Of a stretch of DNA of 64,000 bases, positions 26,401-39,014 are shown piece after piece. Under the pieces are notes generated by a model that saw only the letters and a list, made by a program, of their open reading frames with translations, made no database searches and had not been told where the DNA came from. A program made the position numbers and the translations under genes. This DNA comes from Rhynchobatus australiae (taxonomy: Eukaryota), in assembly GCA_034780895.1 (NCBI GenBank), contig JAUZTB010000027.1:38293631-38357630 (forward strand). Reading direction: 5' to 3'. Position 1 is the stretch's first letter. Each line of letters opens with the position of its first letter.

Positions 26401-27679
26401 CCCTCAGAGACTCCCTAAGATCTACTTCTTACACAAGGATCTCAGTTCCTTCATCTAAGATCTTTTAATCTGGGTCAGCATCTATTTATACTTGTATCTC
26501 CGTGAATCACCTTGGGACATGTTTTATGCATTAAGTGCGCTAAGCAATTGCATTGATGTTTGTTGCTGTTACTTCTCGCTGAAACGTTGTTGCTGTACAC
26601 ACTGAGCCACACATCCGTTCCCATACCCCTTTCAAATAAACGTCCCACCACCTTGAGAGATGGTCAACCTCAAGGATCCAGAGCTGCCCTCTGGCCCACC
26701 TGGCACCATTCATAGTCCCCAGTGTAAGCCTCTCTTTTTCTATTGTAACTTACCAAGTCACGTCCGAGGGTTGAGTTAAATATTTACAGTTTGGCTAAGA
26801 AATGAAAAGGGACATCTCCGGAGATAAAAGATGACAGGACTGGGTCCCATAAGAGAGTCAGGAGAACCATGCTGAGAGGATACCACACCAGTGAAAATAC
26901 AGCTGTCTAGATGAGTGTTAAATGTTAGTTCCTTGATAACTTCTCATGTTAAAGACCCCAAACATGCTCGGAAGAATAGTGTTCTCCCCAGCTTCCTTGC
27001 CAACATCTATTCCTCAAAACAAGTGAACCTAGAAATTAAATTTTGCAATGCCTGTTGTTTTATAAATGCTACATGATTGAATTGACACAGAAAAAAATGA
27101 TTCCAAAATGTGATTGGCACTTCTGTGGGGTGTGTTGTGAAATTGCATTCTGGGGTCCCTGCAAGGAGCTGTGATATCGGTCAACGTGTGAAGCATGTTT
27201 GATGCCTATGCTCTGAGGTCAGAATGTGAATAGCTGCTGGAGAAACCGCAGGGACATTGACTGAAGAACTGTCCCTGATTAAGGGGCAGTCCTGCTTGAG
27301 TGCAGGGAAAGGGCCCATACTTCCCTCAGGTTGTGTTGGGGAATCGGTCACAGATGGGGGCCACTGAACAGACAGACCACACATCTCCACGATCAAGGGA
27401 AGGTTGCCTTCTTTCTTGACAGGGCAAGATCTCTGCCAGGTTGCCTGGCTACCTGTTGGCGATGTCTCTGATGTGCTGCTTCTGGTTCAGGTCTTCAAAT
27501 GAAACCCATAACCTGAAGAGTTGGCTCCTGCCACGTCAGAAGGTCACACATTTCAGCTTGAAATCGTGTCCCTTTAATGTGCGCACTGGAGCTTTGGGAC
27601 GAGCGCTATTTAAACACACTGCATCTTGCTTGTGGTACGTGCAAGCAAAGCGCAGCCCCACAAGAAACTGGCAGAGGAA

Positions 27680-28975
27680 TCTGATTGAGTTTTTTGAAGA
27701 GGTGACCAAGTGGATTGATGAGGGAAGGACGGTAGGTGTTGGCAATGCCAATGCCCACATGGTAGGTTGGTGCCGAAGATTGGAACATGTGGGATCCAGG
27801 GACAGTAGCAAAGTGTCTCGGCGGTAGGAGAGAGAGGGTGGTAGTAGAGGGTTGTTTTTCAGACGGGAGGCCTGTGACCAGTGGCGTGCCGCAGGGGGCA
27901 GTGCTGGGTCCTCTGCTGTTTACCACATATGTTAATGATTTGGATGAGAAAGTAGGTGAGTCCTGAAGAAGGGTCATGACCCGAAACATTGACCACCTGC
28001 TTTTCCCCGTGGATGCTGCCTGGCCTGCTGAGCATCACCGTGTTTTTCATCTAGATTCCAGCATCTGCGGTTCTTTGTTTCGCAAGATGAGTAATTTGCC
28101 GATGCAATGAACAGCGAAGGTTGTCTGAGGTAACAACAGGATATAGATCAAGTGAGAAAGTGGGCAAAGGAATGGTAGGTGGAACTTAACTCAGACAACT
28201 GCAAAGTGATGATTTAGGAAAGTTAAAGCAGGGTAGAGCAAGCACAGTGAATAGCGGGGCCCTGAGGAGTGGTGTTGAACAGAGAGATCTTGGGGTACAA
28301 GAACATAGTTCCCTGAAAATGGGAACACAGGGTGGGGAGGAAGGCAAGTAGCCTGCTTACCTTAATCAGCAGAGGCATTGAGTGTAAGAGTTGGAAAGAT
28401 GGAAGAGTTGGAAATTTGTACAAAATGTTGCTTAGTTACTCCGCACTTGGAGTATTGTGTGAAGTTCCAGTCACTGCACTGTAACAAGCACGTGATTAGG
28501 TTAGAGAGGATTCACAAGGATGTTACTGGGAGAGGATGGGCTTGAGTTATCAGGAGAGATTGGATAAGCTGGGTCTTTTTTCCCTGGAACGAAGTAAGCT
28601 GAGAGGTGAAATGATAGAGGGACACACAAGGATGAGAGGCAGGGATANNNNNNNNNNNNNNNNNNNNNNNNNNNNNNNNNNNNNNNNNNNNNNNNNNNNN
28701 NNNNNNNNNAGGTGAGAGGAGGAAGGTTAAAGGAGATATGAGGAATAAATTTTTCACCCGAATAGCTGGTGTCTGGAATGAGCTGCCGGAGGAGGTGGTG
28801 GAGGCAGGAACAGTAACATTTAAGAGGCAACTTGAGAGGTATTTGAATGAGCAAGGCATAGAGGCATACGGAATTAATGCAGGAAAGTGGAATCAGTATA
28901 GATGGACCATGGTCGGCATAGACACAGTGGGCCAAAGAGCCTGTTTCTATGCGGTACAACTCTATGACTCGATGA
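27680..28975 (+). mobile_element. Decayed CR1/HER1-like LINE 3' portion, with a nested short repeat at about 27959-28085
   Basis: [43 protein letters not shown]....WNELPEEVV, and tail gggccaaagagcctgtttctatgcggtacaactctatgactc. Confidence 0.88.
27955..28085 (+). mobile_element. Penelope-like pLTR-derived short repeat with a minimal hammerhead-ribozyme motif
   Basis: AGTC-CTGAAGA(A)-GGGTC AT GACCC-GAAA-CATT-GAC, followed by the family motif gatgctgcctggcctgctgag...attccagcatctgc. Confidence 0.65.
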
Positions 28976-29789
28976 GGTCCACTGCAGAGTGCCAACCCAG
29001 TGCACCCTTTTCACATGCTATTTACTTTCTAACCCACGATTTAATCAATGTCTTTGATTGCCATTTGAGAGGCCTCACAGTGTGAACATTAACGTCCTTA
29101 CATCACACAGTGACTACAATTCGTTCCAATTTGAAATGTAAAATAAAGATTGCAACCTCTGCCAAGCTCACTAAAAGCAAAAGAGAATGGGACATGACTC
29201 ATGACTGAAACAGCGCTGAATAAATAATGAGATTTTCTAATCCAAAGTATTATGAGAATGACGATAAGCCGAGCAAGCTACTAGCTTATGCCTGAGGCAT
29301 CTGGCAGTCAGCTATCGCTTTGGAATGACTGCCAGGTACATCTCTGCCATCACACTCATTGCTCTTTAGACAAATTCAGTATTCCAGAGGTAACTTGGAT
29401 TCTCCCCGAACAATCAAAGGCCAGGAATAAAAGCTCAGGCAAATTGAGAGAGATAATCAGTGCCTGCTTCTTCGTCCAGTGTGAGGAGTGCTGCATTTGA
29501 CCTTCTGTTTATCAGTGCAATACTAATCAGAGTTGATCAATACCTAGAAGGTGAACTCTTGTCTTCTTGCAATCTTTACAATAACACATGTTGTGTTTGT
29601 TTTAAAGGCTGAAGATAAAAACATTGATAATTATATAAAACAAGAATATAAGAACAAGCTACAAACTCTACAAGATGCCCTGATAAAGTTTAAATGGAAA
29701 ATTGCACTAGTAAACAAAGCAAGAAAAATTAAGTTGTTTGAGACAATAAATGTAAGGAGAGTTGATCCTATTTATTATGAGGGGTCAGT

Positions 29790-30040
29790 CTTGGTGCTTT
29801 TGCCTCAGAACTTAAGTTATCAATTCAGAGAATGCAGCAAAGACTCGAGCACAAAATCTAGGCCGATAGTTCAGTGTAGTACTGAGAGAGTGCTGCACCA
29901 TTCATGATAGGGTGGTCAATGTAAACTGAGACCCTGCCTGACTTCTTTTGAGGATGTGCAATATTTTGTTGCTACATTTGAAAAAACAAAAATCAGTTTT
30001 CCTGATGTGCTAAATAATACTCATGCCTCAACGAAAACTA
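29790..30040 (+). mobile_element. DeuSINE/SacSINE1-like SINE remnant
   Basis: gactcgagcacaaaatctaggccga...cagtgtagtactgagagagtgctgcac, similar to copies at 44175 and 53600. Confidence 0.55.
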
Positions 30041-30051
30041 AAATAAAAGCT

Positions 30052-30195
30052 GACACAGGAGACTACAGATGCTGGAACCTGGAGCAAAAAATAAACTGCT
30101 GGAGGAACTGAGCAGATCAGGTAGCATCTGTGTTCATTTCTCTCCACAGATGCTGCCTGATCCATTGAGTTCCTCCACCAGTTTGTTTGTTTGCT
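30052..30195. repeat. Fold-back pair of the pLTR-like repeat (arms 30083-30132 and 30145-30195)
   Basis: Left arm agcaaaaaataaactgctggaggaactgagcagatcaggtagcatctgtg is an imperfect reverse complement of cacagatgctgcctgatccattgagttcctccaccagtttgtttgtttgct. Confidence 0.85.
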
Positions 30196-33100
30196 AAAAA
30201 AAAGATTGAAGATTGTTCACCTCCATTTCCCTACAATAACCACTCATTAATAATTCTTCAGAAGGTTTTATGCAATTGTGGAGAGGTGTTGTACTGGAGA
30301 GGCTCATGACACTTTGGATGACCTGAAATAATTTCTGAAACAGGACATGGTTTGAGAACCTTAACCCAGTTAGCCCTGTTCCTCCAGTGGACATGCCCAG
30401 TGAGTGTAGTGTACCAGTTAAACTGGTACTGGTGAATTTGTCTTCNNNNNNNNNNNNNNNNNNNNNNNNNNNNNNNNNNNNNNNNNNNNNNNNNNNNNNN
30501 NNNNNNNNNNNNNNNNNNNNNNNNNNNNNNNNNNNNNNNNNNNNNNNNNNNNNNNNNNNNNNNNNNNNNNNNNNNNNNNNNNNNNNNNNNNNNNNNNNNN
30601 NNNNNNNNNNNNNNNNNNNNNNNNNNNNNNNNNNNNNNNNNNNNNNNNNNNNNNNNNNNNNNNNNNNNNNNNNNNNNNNNNNNNNNNNNNNNNNNNNNNN
30701 NNNNNNNNNNNNNNNNNNNNNNNNNNNNNNNNNNNNNNNNNNNNNNNNNNNNNNNNNNNNNNNNNNCTCTCATGTGTGAAGAGGGGATTTAAAATGGGTT
30801 TCTTCGGATATGCAGGCCTATTTGTCCTAAATGTCACGTTCTGATCCTCTTCAGCCTTAACACAGTCCTCCAGGAACCTGACACGTTAAACTTCTGGCAT
30901 ACAATATGTCCAAATTCCATTGATGATGTTGAATTCATTGGCACCTAACTAGCTCGAGAACAACCCTGTACCGGGTTTGGGATGGATTTGGGCAAAGAGG
31001 ACACAGACTGTAGGACTGGAGCGCTGCTGCCACGGAGTGTGCTGGGGAGACAGGGGGAGCATCCACCGTTGCCAGAGCTGCTCACGTGGGCTCCTGGATT
31101 AAACGGTAGACGATGAGTGGGCCTGGAATGCGTCACTGGAATTAAATGTCAAGAGCAGCAAAGTGGTTGGCATAACAACTGCTTTCCCGTGCAAGTCATC
31201 CCATTGTGTTGAAAAAATGAAGCCCTTTTAACAGTCATTTCTAAGGAAGAAATTTCACCCACAACAAATATCAGTAACCTTGTCCTTGAAAGCAACCCAG
31301 CTCCTAACAAGGACTCGAAGGGGTAATGATGTTCATTATGTTGGATGGGGCTATTAGATTGTAGTCCTGTTTATGACCCTCACTCCCTGTCTCGTGGGGG
31401 ACCTTGCTCTCTCTGGTTTGCCCCATCTCACTTTATTGTCTGAAATGGTTTGCCTCTAGTGCTATGCCTCTTGTCTGGAGAGTTTATAAGTTAGACTTAC
31501 TCATTCCTTAGTATCTGCAGCTATAGGTATCTATAAATAAATGACAATATTACATCAAATGTTGGCCATCAGGATGCATAACATGCACTCCAATGACCTA
31601 TAAGGACCGAAGCTTAAACATCTGTGGCCTCAGTTTATCCTGGTGTACACTGACTTATCACTTAGCTTCATGTTCTAAGGGAATATGGATCAGAAGATAA
31701 GCTCCTGGCACTTTGGTTGAATGAATTTGGAAATCCAAGACACTGGTTGCATTAGATTCAGAAAATGCAAATAAGTCTAAGAATCATACCATTCCAGTTT
31801 CTCCTTTTCTGTTCTGAAGGTACTGTTATTGGCCAGGATATGGCTCTACGATCTTCACACACCCTCATGTACTTCATTGGATGGCTAGATCTCTAATGAT
31901 CAGGCTAGGCAGCAACAGTTACCTGACTACTTGTGAGTGGCAGGCCCCACAGCTGAATCTGCTCCTATCTTCACCCAGCAACCACAGGGTTGCCAGGAGG
32001 GGCCTCTGGGTACTAAAAAGGACCTGGATTCCTACCAGATTTTCATGCCACTCCTAGCACAGAGGTGCAGAGGGACCATATCACTGATCCAGTGGAGAGA
32101 CACAATCCCAACATGGACCAATGACCAGGCCCAGGTTTACCCTGGGAGATTTTGACCCAGATTCAAAACAGTAGAAATAAAAGTAAAATTAATGAGATGG
32201 CATCTTTTAACTGCACTGGATCAGCAGGTNNNNNNNNNNNNNNNNNNNNNNNNNNNNNNNNNNNNNNNNNNNNNNNNNNNNNNNNNNNNNNNNNNNNNNN
32301 NNNNNNNNNNNNNNNNNNNNNNNNNNNNNAAATAAAAGTATCAATGAGACGAGATAAGAGGAGCTGCAAAGTGATGCTGAATGAGAGCGGAGCACAGATA
32401 TTTATACAGTTACTCATACATCAATGAGCTACTTGCTTTCAGAATGGTAAACAAAAACACTTCATCATGTATGCCTGCTTCCGTTGATTGATCCCAACCT
32501 AAATTCTAGTGGGCATCTCTCTGATTAAATTTGTTCTTTAGTGTAGGTGATGCTAGAGGTACTGATTATCCTGGCATGAGATCAGGGATAAAATAAATTA
32601 AGTTAAATCTAAGTTAAGTAACTAATTGAGATCATGCACCTGGGACCTGGACTGCTCCCTGTCCATGTTAAGTCCCATTATTAAGTCATTGTCACATACA
32701 GGAATTTCCATGAAGCCAATCTTCATGAGATGACGTTGAACAGACTGGGACTACTCACTGCAAATAAAGTTACAGTGCTTTTGCGTGGTGTAATTACCTG
32801 TGCCGCAACCTCACTGAATGAAGCAAGTGTTGGCACTTCACAAACTTATTATTGTACAATGGTCTAGTTCATATTACCTGAAACTTAAAAATAAACAGCT
32901 TAAGTCAAGTGTGCGTTCTAAAAGTAAACCGAATTCATTGTCCACTTTCACTTGGAAGCTTCACTTGCTCCCGTCAGAATGAATGAAATATCTTTATCAT
33001 CAGCTCAAGATTATGTTGCTAATATTCTGATTGCGTACTTGTCACAATCATTGGGAACAAGGACAAAATACGTTTATTCCAATAAATCTTTTTCTCACAC

Positions 33101-34044
33101 ACAAAACGGATTATCAAATGTCTGATTGAGTCTGTGGTGAAAAGCACTTCCCTAATTGCCTTTGTTCACTGGGGACTCATTTGTGTAATTAGGGAATTGA
33201 AGTAAACAGCAGTGGTTGCACGCAATGTTCAATCCTTCAGTCCCTCCTTCAATAACATAGCATGCAACTGGGAAATCTGAACTAACCAACATGCCATTAT
33301 ATTATTTAGTCCTTTTGAGCATCTTAGAATATTTGGCATCTTCCTTCATGGAAATTAGCTGCAAAAACAGGTTATTAGAAATGTTCAATAGATGGCGGTT
33401 ACAAACTGGAATCAGAGAGATGGGTAAAAGCTGTGATTTCCAAAGTTACACAGAATACCAGGGTTGTAGCAAAGTCACTCTCTTTCAGAAGTGCCATTAA
33501 GAGAGGGCGTTTCCCATGGGAAAGGAAAGGGAGACAAGGGTGACATTGGTCCTGGACTGGTTACGTTCACCCTGGGGTGATAACCAAGTAGCTTCTGTGG
33601 AGAGCTGAGAGCCTGCTAACAAATAATTAGCCAGCTCCCTGTGACGGATGTAGAATGGGTAAAAGGGAAGGATGATAACTTTCCAGCTGGGCCGAAGCGT
33701 AATTGTCCTGTTAGGAATTGTGTTCCGGCACACCATTCAGGACATTTGATGCTTGATCTGTGTTCATTTAGCGGATGTGGACAGCTGCGGTGCTTTATTT
33801 AACCTCAGTGGCTGGTTGGGGAACACAGTCACACTGGGACATCGTTTAGGAACTCACGTTGGAAATTGCATGTGAGTGGATTTGGTGTGACCTTGGGGAA
33901 GAGTGGACTCTGACGAACCTCACGGTTTAATAATCTGCTGACCCTGGATGTTTATGTTCACACTTGAGAAACAGCTGCAAAATTTGTTGTGGGTTAGAAT
34001 TAAAACAGCACTCAGATATCCTCGGTTCAAACTATGTTATTATC

Positions 34045-35520
34045 CCTAACCATATAAGAAATAAGAGTAGGGGGAGGCCAAGCAGTGCCTTCAGCCTGAT
34101 CTCCCATTCAATTTGATCATAGCTGTTCTGATCAATGCCCCTGCTGCACATTCCTGCCCAATGCCCTTGTCTCTCCACTCCCCTGTTGACTAGAAACTTA
34201 ACCACCTCAAGCCCAGTGAGTCAGTCTCCACAGCTCTCAGGGGTAGGGAATGTCTTTCTGAAAGAAGAGATTCCTCCTCACCTCTGTCCCAAAAGGATGG
34301 CCTCTGTTTGGAACCTGTGCTCCTTAACCCTTAACTACCCCATGAGAGAAAACGTCGTCTCAGAATCCACTTTGTCCAGTCTCCTCAGAAGCTTATATGC
34401 TTCAATAAGATCACCCTCATTCTTTGAAACACCAATGAGTACAGGCCCAACCTGTTCAACCTCTTCATCCCAACCTAGTAAACCAGTGTGTCCAATGCAA
34501 ACATATCCCTCCTTAAATAAGGAAACCAAAGCTGTGTGCAGTACTCCAAGCATGGTTTCACCAACACCCTGTATGGTTACAGTAGGGCAGCCCAAGTCTT
34601 ATACCACAGCCACACAGCAACGAGGCCAACATTCCATTGATCTTCCTAATTCCTTGTTGTACCTGCACATTAACTTTGTTTCATGTACAAGGACAAATAG
34701 ATCCCTTGGTACTATTTTGTAGTCTCTTTCTCTATCTAAACAGTATTCTGCTTTTCTTTTCTTCCGACCAAAGTGGATAACCCAGTTGTTTCTGAAATTA
34801 TACCCCGTTTGCTGAATTATCACCCGTTCACTTCACCTAAATATATTCCCTTGTAGGATCTTTGCATCCTCCTCACAGCTTATTTTGCCAGCTACCTTTG
34901 AATCACTGGTAAATTTTAGCCACAATCCACTTGATTGCTTCACTCTTGTCATTAATATAGATTGTAAATAGTCGATACCCCAGCACTGATCCCTGCGGCA
35001 CCCCATTAGTTACAGCTTGCCAACATGAAAATAATTCACTTATACCAAACCTTTTCTGTCACTTAACCAGTCGTCAGCCAATGTTAATATATTACCCCCC
35101 ACCCTCTCATGCCAGAAGTTTGTACTTTTAAGTTGCACCTTTCTGAATGCCTTCCAGAATGAACTGGTTCCCCTTTATTCCCTCATCCTGTTCATTACTT
35201 TGCAGAGAATGTCGGTCAATTTATCACACGTAGTTTCCTTTTCACTAAATCATATTGACTCTGCTTGATTATATTATGATTCTTTTAAGTACCTTGTCAC
35301 AACTTACTTAGCAAGGAATTCCAGCAATTCCCAGTGAGCTGACTTTCCTATGTTTTCCTGCTTTCTTGAATAGGAGCTACATTTACAGTTTTCCTAAATT
35401 CTAAGGTCTTTCCAAAAGGCAGTAGAGTTTGGATGATCATGACTAACGTACACACTAGCTCTGTGGTGCAGGTGGTCAGGTCCAGGGGACTTGTCAGTCT
35501 TCAGTCCCACTAGTTTACCC
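34045..35520 (-). mobile_element. Decayed CR1-like LINE
   Basis: Minus-strand GDLIEAYKLLR.LDKVDSE, IHFGRK.RKAEY.L and RDL.VLVHE, plus cccagcactgatccctgcggcacccc (GVPQGSVLG). Confidence 0.8.
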
Positions 35521-36668
35521 AGAGCCATGTATCTGGTTATTACTCAAAGTTCCTTTCNNNNNNNNNNNNNNNNNNNNNNNNNNNNNNNNNNNNNNNNNNN
35601 NNNNNNNNNNNNNNNNNNNNNNNNNNNNNNNNNNNNNNNNNNNNNNNNNNNNNNNNNAAGCAATTTCAATTTTTGGCACAGACTATACTGATGCAGAAGA
35701 TGAAACGACACAAGTTCTGGGGAAGAGCTCTGTGCCTACAAAGAATTCTGTTTTTGACAGAATTACTGAATCAAGTGGAATGTTTTAAGAGAGGCTTGTA
35801 TTAAAATGTGGAAGCAGTTCAAAACACTGAAGCATCTTTGAAGGTTGTTAGAGTTGCTATAGACTTACTATTGTCGGCCCAATTCAACATAGCTTGGGAT
35901 AGACAGGATGGACTGAAAAATACCAGAATTGGGAGTCAAGGGGATGATCCTGAAAGGGAAAGTCAGGAGTCAATTTTGTGACTCCAAAACAAAAAAAACA
36001 AAATGTTTTCTGTACACAGGAAATCAGAATGGAGTTAGAATTCCAAATAACAAAAGCAGAGGCACAAATATGGAGAGCTTTAAGCCAAAGTAGAAATTCT
36101 TGTGATTGAATTCACGGTATCCAAGTACACATTGTATATTGTACTGATGTCACAGAATGTCATATTGTCACCCATGCTGGAAGTTCTAATGAAAAATAAT
36201 GCTCAGCCTTGCGGGATTACAGTTTGTTCCTTTCATCCCTCACTAATGACCACCCTCTAAACAAACTTGTTATCTCCTATTTAAGACAATGACATTCATC
36301 CTTTTCTCTTTGAGTGTCCATGTCAACAAATTCTTAACTTCCAGGTTCCCCTCTATCCTGAGAACCACTTACTGAAAGGTAAACAGGGCCATCGCTGCAT
36401 TTAGGAATATTGGAACGGGAGTGAGCCTTTTAGCTCGTTCTGCCCTTCATGGAAACCAGGGCTAATCCGTGACCCACCTTCCTTTTCCTGCTTTCCCCCC
36501 AACCCCTTCAGACCGATGGTTAACCAAAGTCTATCACATTCAGTCAATGCAATGATTTGCTGACTCAACACAATCCTTGTCTGGCTTTTACTGGGTTAAT
36601 TAATTGCAAGAAAACATGTTCCGATAGGTTCCTAGTGAAGGCAGCCTGAAGTAGTGCCAGCAAAGTAA

Positions 36669-36672
<4 letters not shown>

Positions 36673-36742
<70 letters not shown>

Positions 36743-36855
36743 AGAATGTATGTGCATGTGTAAATGTGTGTGGGTGCATGAGTGTGTGTGTACATGTGTA
36801 TGAATGTGAGTGTGTGTGTTGTGCGTATGGTTTGCGTATGGTGTGTGTGTGTCTA
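36673..36855. repeat. (TG)n microsatellite with a degenerate extension
   Basis: Nearly pure TG at 36673-36740, then TG-rich imperfect repeats. Confidence 0.95.
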
Positions 36856-38337
36856 TGAGAGTAACTGCAGCACACCTCCTAGATGACACATCTGGTGACC
36901 ACAGTGACTGGGGTTGGAGGGGATGAAGATTCAGTGAGGTGAATGGGGGATGCACATGTCCACCCAGCTGGCAAGTATTCCATTATTCTCTAGATGGTGG
37001 AAAGGCTTTTCACCTCAGGAGGTGAGTCACTCACTCAAGGTAGCCGCACTCACCAGTTCTTGTAGCCACTGTACTTACACGGCTGTTCCAGTAAAGGTTT
37101 GCGTCAGTGCTGAACAGCAGGTGTTGATGGTAATGGACAGTCTTGTTTAGCCAACCCTCTCTCGCTGGAGATAGACATTGCCACAGCCACTAAATCTGAG
37201 GGCCTTCTCCCTGCCAACTTTTACTGCTATTTCTTCAGAGAGTTTTGGAGGACCTTCCAATCGTGGTTTAGTGGTCAGGTCCCCTTTAAGAGTTGCCATG
37301 ACAACAAACAACTGATGAATGCTCAAGTGATTTGAATGCCAATTACTTGCTGCTCATTGGCTCAGGCTTGAACAGACGGGCACACCTGCAGCAGGTAGAT
37401 GGGTGAGGATGAAGCCAGGTGTGGGTTCCTCTCTCATGCTTGTCCTTTAGGACACAGCCAGCTCAGTCAGTGGTGGTGCTACCAAGCCAATCTCAGTGAT
37501 GGACATCGAAACCACACATGCTGAGTGCGCTTTGCACTCCTTTACTGCATCTTCTAAGTGTTGTCAACGTCACTGAAGGAGGAGGTAGGTGCCATTTCAC
37601 CTCAGCTCTGGGCTCCCCAGGTGCCAAATGTTGCCCTCCTCCTCACCACCCAGAACACTGAGACTGGTATCACCAGCCCAGTTTAACACCCTCACAGCCA
37701 CTTCAGCAGAATCCTGGCCAACAACGTCCACTGTGCCACAGTCTGAAGCCAGGTGCCCTTAAAGAGTTGGAATTCTATCCAGGGTGCAAGGTATTTGAAT
37801 AAGAATCAAAGCCTTCTGAGGAATAATTTGTCAAAGCAGTGCATGGTGCATTGATAATCCACACACTATTCGATGACTGCAAATGGTGAGAGAAAATTAG
37901 AGCTGATTCATCCTGTCAGCTACTTGTAGAGGTTGAATTTGATCTTCAAACTGGAGCCAAGAGCAAAGGCCCAACCCACACCTGGGAAGGACCTGACCGC
38001 ATCCCCGCTCTCTGTCCNNNNNNNNNNNNNNNNNNNNNNNNNNNNNNNNNNNNNNNNNNNNNNNNNNNNNNNNNNNNNNNNNNNNNNNNNNNNNNNNNNN
38101 NNNNNNNNNNNNNNNNNNNNNNNNNNNNNNNNNNNNNNNNNNNNNNNNNNNNNNNNNNNNNNNNNNNNNNNNNNNNNNNNNNNNNNNNNNNNNNNNNNNN
38201 NNNNNNNNNNNNNNNNNNNNNNNNNNNNNNNNNNNNNNNNNNNNNNNNNNNNNNNNNNNNNNNNNNNNNNNNNNNNNNNNNNNNNNNNNNNNNNNNNNNN
38301 NNNNNNNNNNNNNNNNNNNNNNNNNNNNNNNNNNNNN

Positions 38338-38420
38338 GTTTCGCCCTGAAATGTTGACTGTTCATTTCCCTCCACAGATGCTGCCTGACCTGCTGAGATC
38401 CTCCAGTGTTTTGCTCCAAT
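38338..38420 (+). mobile_element. pLTR-like repeat, 3' half of the hammerhead motif (5' half in the N gap)
   Basis: gtttcgccct-GAAA-TGTT-GACT-gttcatttccctccacagatgctgcctgacctgctgag. Confidence 0.6.
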
Positions 38421-38887
38421 CTAAAACCTCCTCTGTTCAAACAAAGATGTGGAAGTGGGGGAGGGGGGAGAGGGGGAGGGAGGGAGAGGGAGAAGGAGGG
38501 GAGGGGAGCACCATAGGACTGTACCTCTGAAGGTCTGCATCAGGAAGGAGGAAATATTGGACACATTAGGGTGGATAACTCCCCAGGGCTTAACGGGATC
38601 TCTACCAGGATGCTAAGGGAAGCAAGAAAATGTTCTGGAATTTGATGGACTTTGGGAGGTGGGAATGGGGGGAGATTTGGCTGCACCGGTATGGTTGCCA
38701 GGTGCAACGGCTGCCCGTCCTCCCCTCTTCCTCCTCATGGCTTAGGACTTTCTTCTCTGGGCAGTGGGGTGAGTGGTCACACCCGCAACTCCGTAATGAT
38801 AAAGACAAAAAAAGAAGAGCATGGCAATAATGAAGCTTGACATTGTGAAGTGGAGCAGCCAGCAGACATGTGCATGTCCCTAGTATC

Positions 38888-39014
38888 AAAAAAGCTGCAG
38901 ATGCTGGAAGTCTGAGACAAAAGTGGAACGCGCTGGAAAAACTCAGCAAGTCAGGCAGCATCTGTGGAGGGAGATTCAGAGCGAACGTTTCCGGTTGAAG
39001 AACCTTTGTCAGTT
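38888..39014 (-). mobile_element. pLTR-like repeat with a degenerate hammerhead motif
   Basis: Reverse complement reads CTGACAA-AGGTT CTTC AACCG-GAAA-CGTT...ctccacagatgctgcctgacttgctgagtttttccagc. Confidence 0.6.

Noticed and set aside
36565-36955. His/Thr-rich ORFs on the minus strand
   Set aside because: Translation of the (CA)n microsatellite.
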